A stretch of 64,000 bases of DNA from Felis catus (lineage: Eukaryota). The notes under the pieces were generated by a model. The model was not told where the DNA came from, searched no databases, and saw nothing but the letters and a program-made list of their open reading frames with translations. Of the stretch, positions 61,601 to 64,000 are shown piece by piece; the first letter of the stretch is position 1, and each line of letters opens with the position of its first letter. The stretch spans positions 1-64,000 of the forward strand of contig NW_025408521.1 of assembly GCF_018350175.1 (NCBI RefSeq). The letters run 5' to 3'. The position numbers and the translations under genes were made by a program.

Positions 61601-64000
61601 AGCCAACAAACCCTTCCTCTCAGCTCCGAAACTCCCGGGTTAGGACCGAGGGATACGAGACCCAGAATCCCAAACACCTGCTACGAGCCCCGGCCTCCAG
61701 GCCTTGAGTCATTCCCATGGCTCACCATGGCTGGAGCCGTTCCCTGTACCTGAGTTAAGGGGTCACAGAACCAGAAACAGTCTCCAGACACTGGGTTCTC
61801 AGCTCAGAAACTCCCCAGAAAGGTGGGAGGGATTGGGGACACAAAATGGGAAGGGCCCCTCTCGCCCCGGGCCTCCAGGCCCGGGGCTGCTCGCCCCGGG
61901 CCTCGACGCCCGGGGCTGCTCGCCCCGGGCCTCCACGCCCGGGGCTGCTCGCCCCGGGCCTCCACGCCCGGGGCTGCTCGCCCCGGGCCTCCACGCCCGG
62001 GGCTGCTCGCCCCGGGCCTCCACGCCCGGGGCTGCTCGCTATGGCTCACTATGCCTGAAGCCGTTCCTGTACCTGAAAGATGGGCTCACACCAATACAGA
62101 TACCCGCCAGGCTCTGGGTTCCCTGCTCAGAAATCCTCGGGGAAGTTCGGAGGGATAGGTTGCACAAAATGGGTTGTGCTCCTGCTCGCCCGGCGCCTCC
62201 ACGCCCGGGGCTGTATCTTACCATGGCTCATCAGGGCTGAAGCCTCTCCCTGTACCCCACAGAAATGGGTCAGTGTTTCCCACACAGCCTCCAGACCAGG
62301 GGGTCTCAGCTAAGAAACTTACGGGGAAGGATGGAGAAGTGGGAGACACAGAATGCCATGCAGCCCCCTCCAGAGGCTATGCAGCAAGCACAAAATCCCA
62401 AGGAGGCATATGCCTGAATCCTGAAAAGCCAACAAACCCTTCCTCTCAGCTCCGAAACTCCCGGGTTAGGACCGAGGGATACGAGACCCAGAATCCCAAA
62501 CACCTGCTACGAGCCCCGGCCTCCAGGCCCTGAGTCATTCCCATGGCTCACCATGGCTGGAGCCATTCCCTGTACCTGAGATAAAGGGGTCACAGAACCA
62601 GAAACAGTCTCCAGACACTGGGTTCTCAGCTCAGAAACTCCCCAGAAAGGTGGGAGGGATTGGGGACCCAAAATGGGAAGTGCCCCGCTCGCCCCGGGCC
62701 TCCAGGCCCGGGGCTGCTCGCCCCGGGCCTCCAGGCCCGGGGCTGCTCGCCCCGGGCCTCCAGGCCCGGGGCTGCTCGCCCCGGGCCTCCAGGCCCGGGG
62801 CTGCTGGCCCCGGGCCTCCAGGCCCGGGGCTGCTCGCCCCGGGCCTCCAGGCCCGGGGCTGCTCGCCCCGGGCCTCCACGCCCGGGGCTGCTCGCCCCGG
62901 GCCTCCACGCCCGGGGCTGCTCGCCCCGGGCCTCCACGCCCGGGGCTGCTCGCCCCGGGCCTCCACGCCCGGGGCTGCTCGCCCCGGGCCTCCACGCCCG
63001 GGGCTGCTCGCCCCGGGCCTCCACGCCCGGGGCTGCTCGCCCCGGGCCTCCACGCCCGGGGCTGCTCGCCCCGGGCCTCCACGCCCGGGGCTGCTCGCTA
63101 TGGCTCACTGTGCCTGAAGCCGTTCCTGTACCTGAAAGATGGGCTCACACAAACACAAACACCCGCCAGGCTCTGGGTTCCTTGCTCAGAATCTCCCGGG
63201 GAAGTTCGGAGGGATAGGATGCACAGAATGGATAGTGCTCCACTCGCCCCAGGCCTCCACGCCCGGGGCTGTATCTTACCATGGCTCATCAGGGCTGAAG
63301 CCTCTCCCAGTACCCGACAGAAACGGGTCAGTGTTTCCCACACAGCCTCCAGACCAGGGGGTCTCAACTAAGAAACTCACGGGGAAGGATGGAGAAGTGG
63401 GAGACCCAGAATCCAATGCAGCCCTCCAGGGGCTATGCAACAAGCCCAAAAACCCAAGGAGGCATATGCCTGAATCCTGAAAAGCCAACAAACCCTTCCT
63501 CTCAGCTCCGAAACTCCCGGGTTAGGACCGAGGGATGCGAGACCCAGAATCCCAAACACCTGCTACGAGCCCCGGCCTCCAGGCCCTGAGTCATTACCAT
63601 GGCTCACCATGGCTGGAGCCTTTCCCTGTACCTGAGATAAAGGGGTCACAGAACCAGAAACAGGCTCCAGACACAGGGGTCTCAGCTCAGAAACTCCCCA
63701 GAAAGGTCCGAGGGTTTGGGGACACAAAATAGGAAGTGCCCCGCTCGCCCCGGGCCTCCAGGCCCGGGGCTGCTCGCCCCGGGCCTCCAGGCCCGGGGCT
63801 GCTCGCCCCGGGCCTCCAGGCCCGGGGCTGCTCTCCCCGGGCCTCCTCGCCCGGGGCTGCTCGCCCGGGGCCTCCACGCCCGGGGCGGCTAGCCGCGGGC
63901 CTCCTCGCCCGGGGCTGCTCCCCTGGGGCCTCCAGGAACGGGGTGGCTCACCCGGGGCCTCCATGCCCGGGGCTGCTCGCCCGGGGCCTCCTCACCTGGG
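58657..64000 (+). repeat. Second composite satellite, paralogous block (runs off the window end)
   Basis: Starts with the same junction and subunit order as 24380 onward. Includes three-subunit repeats of ~766/826/1059 bp that differ in 29-bp copy number. Confidence 0.9.
62691..63098 (+). repeat. Near-perfect 29-bp VNTR, about 14 units (gccccgggcctcca[g/c]gcccggggctgctc)
   Basis: Exact 29-bp period (cccgggg at 62881, 62910, 62939...). Confidence 0.95.

Noticed and set aside
872..64000. Canonical CENP-B box (TTCG-N4-A-N2-CGGG)
   Set aside because: The TTCG/CGAA contexts I checked by eye lack the required A and CGGG spacing. This was not an exhaustive scan.

Overview
Eukaryotic, felid (cat-like) heterochromatin with no supportable intact gene. 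About 80% of the window is satellite DNA of two families. (1) FA-SAT is the ~483-bp GC-rich felid satellite carrying CCCTAA telomere-like hexamers. It forms a near-perfect 12-monomer, 5,755-bp higher-order repeat (~870-22,330), a younger homogeneous monomeric subfamily (22.3-24.2 kb and 36.8-43.5 kb) and older diverged monomers (43.5-44.8 kb and 56.3-58.7 kb). (2) A second composite satellite that I cannot name (24.4-36.8 kb and 58.7-64 kb) has ~320-bp and ~140-bp subunits separated by a variable-length 29-bp (14+15) CpG-rich minisatellite. The same FA-SAT/second-satellite junction occurs twice, 34.3 kb apart, indicating a large duplicated block. An 11.5-kb island (44.8-56.3 kb) holds nested decayed LINE-1s, Can-SINEs and a short unique stretch with strong CTCF-like motifs. 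The first ~870 bp are C-depleted and look like a garbled low-quality read or contig end. Nearly all listed ORFs are by-products of GC-rich repeats; the only real coding remnants are broken L1 ORF2 pieces.
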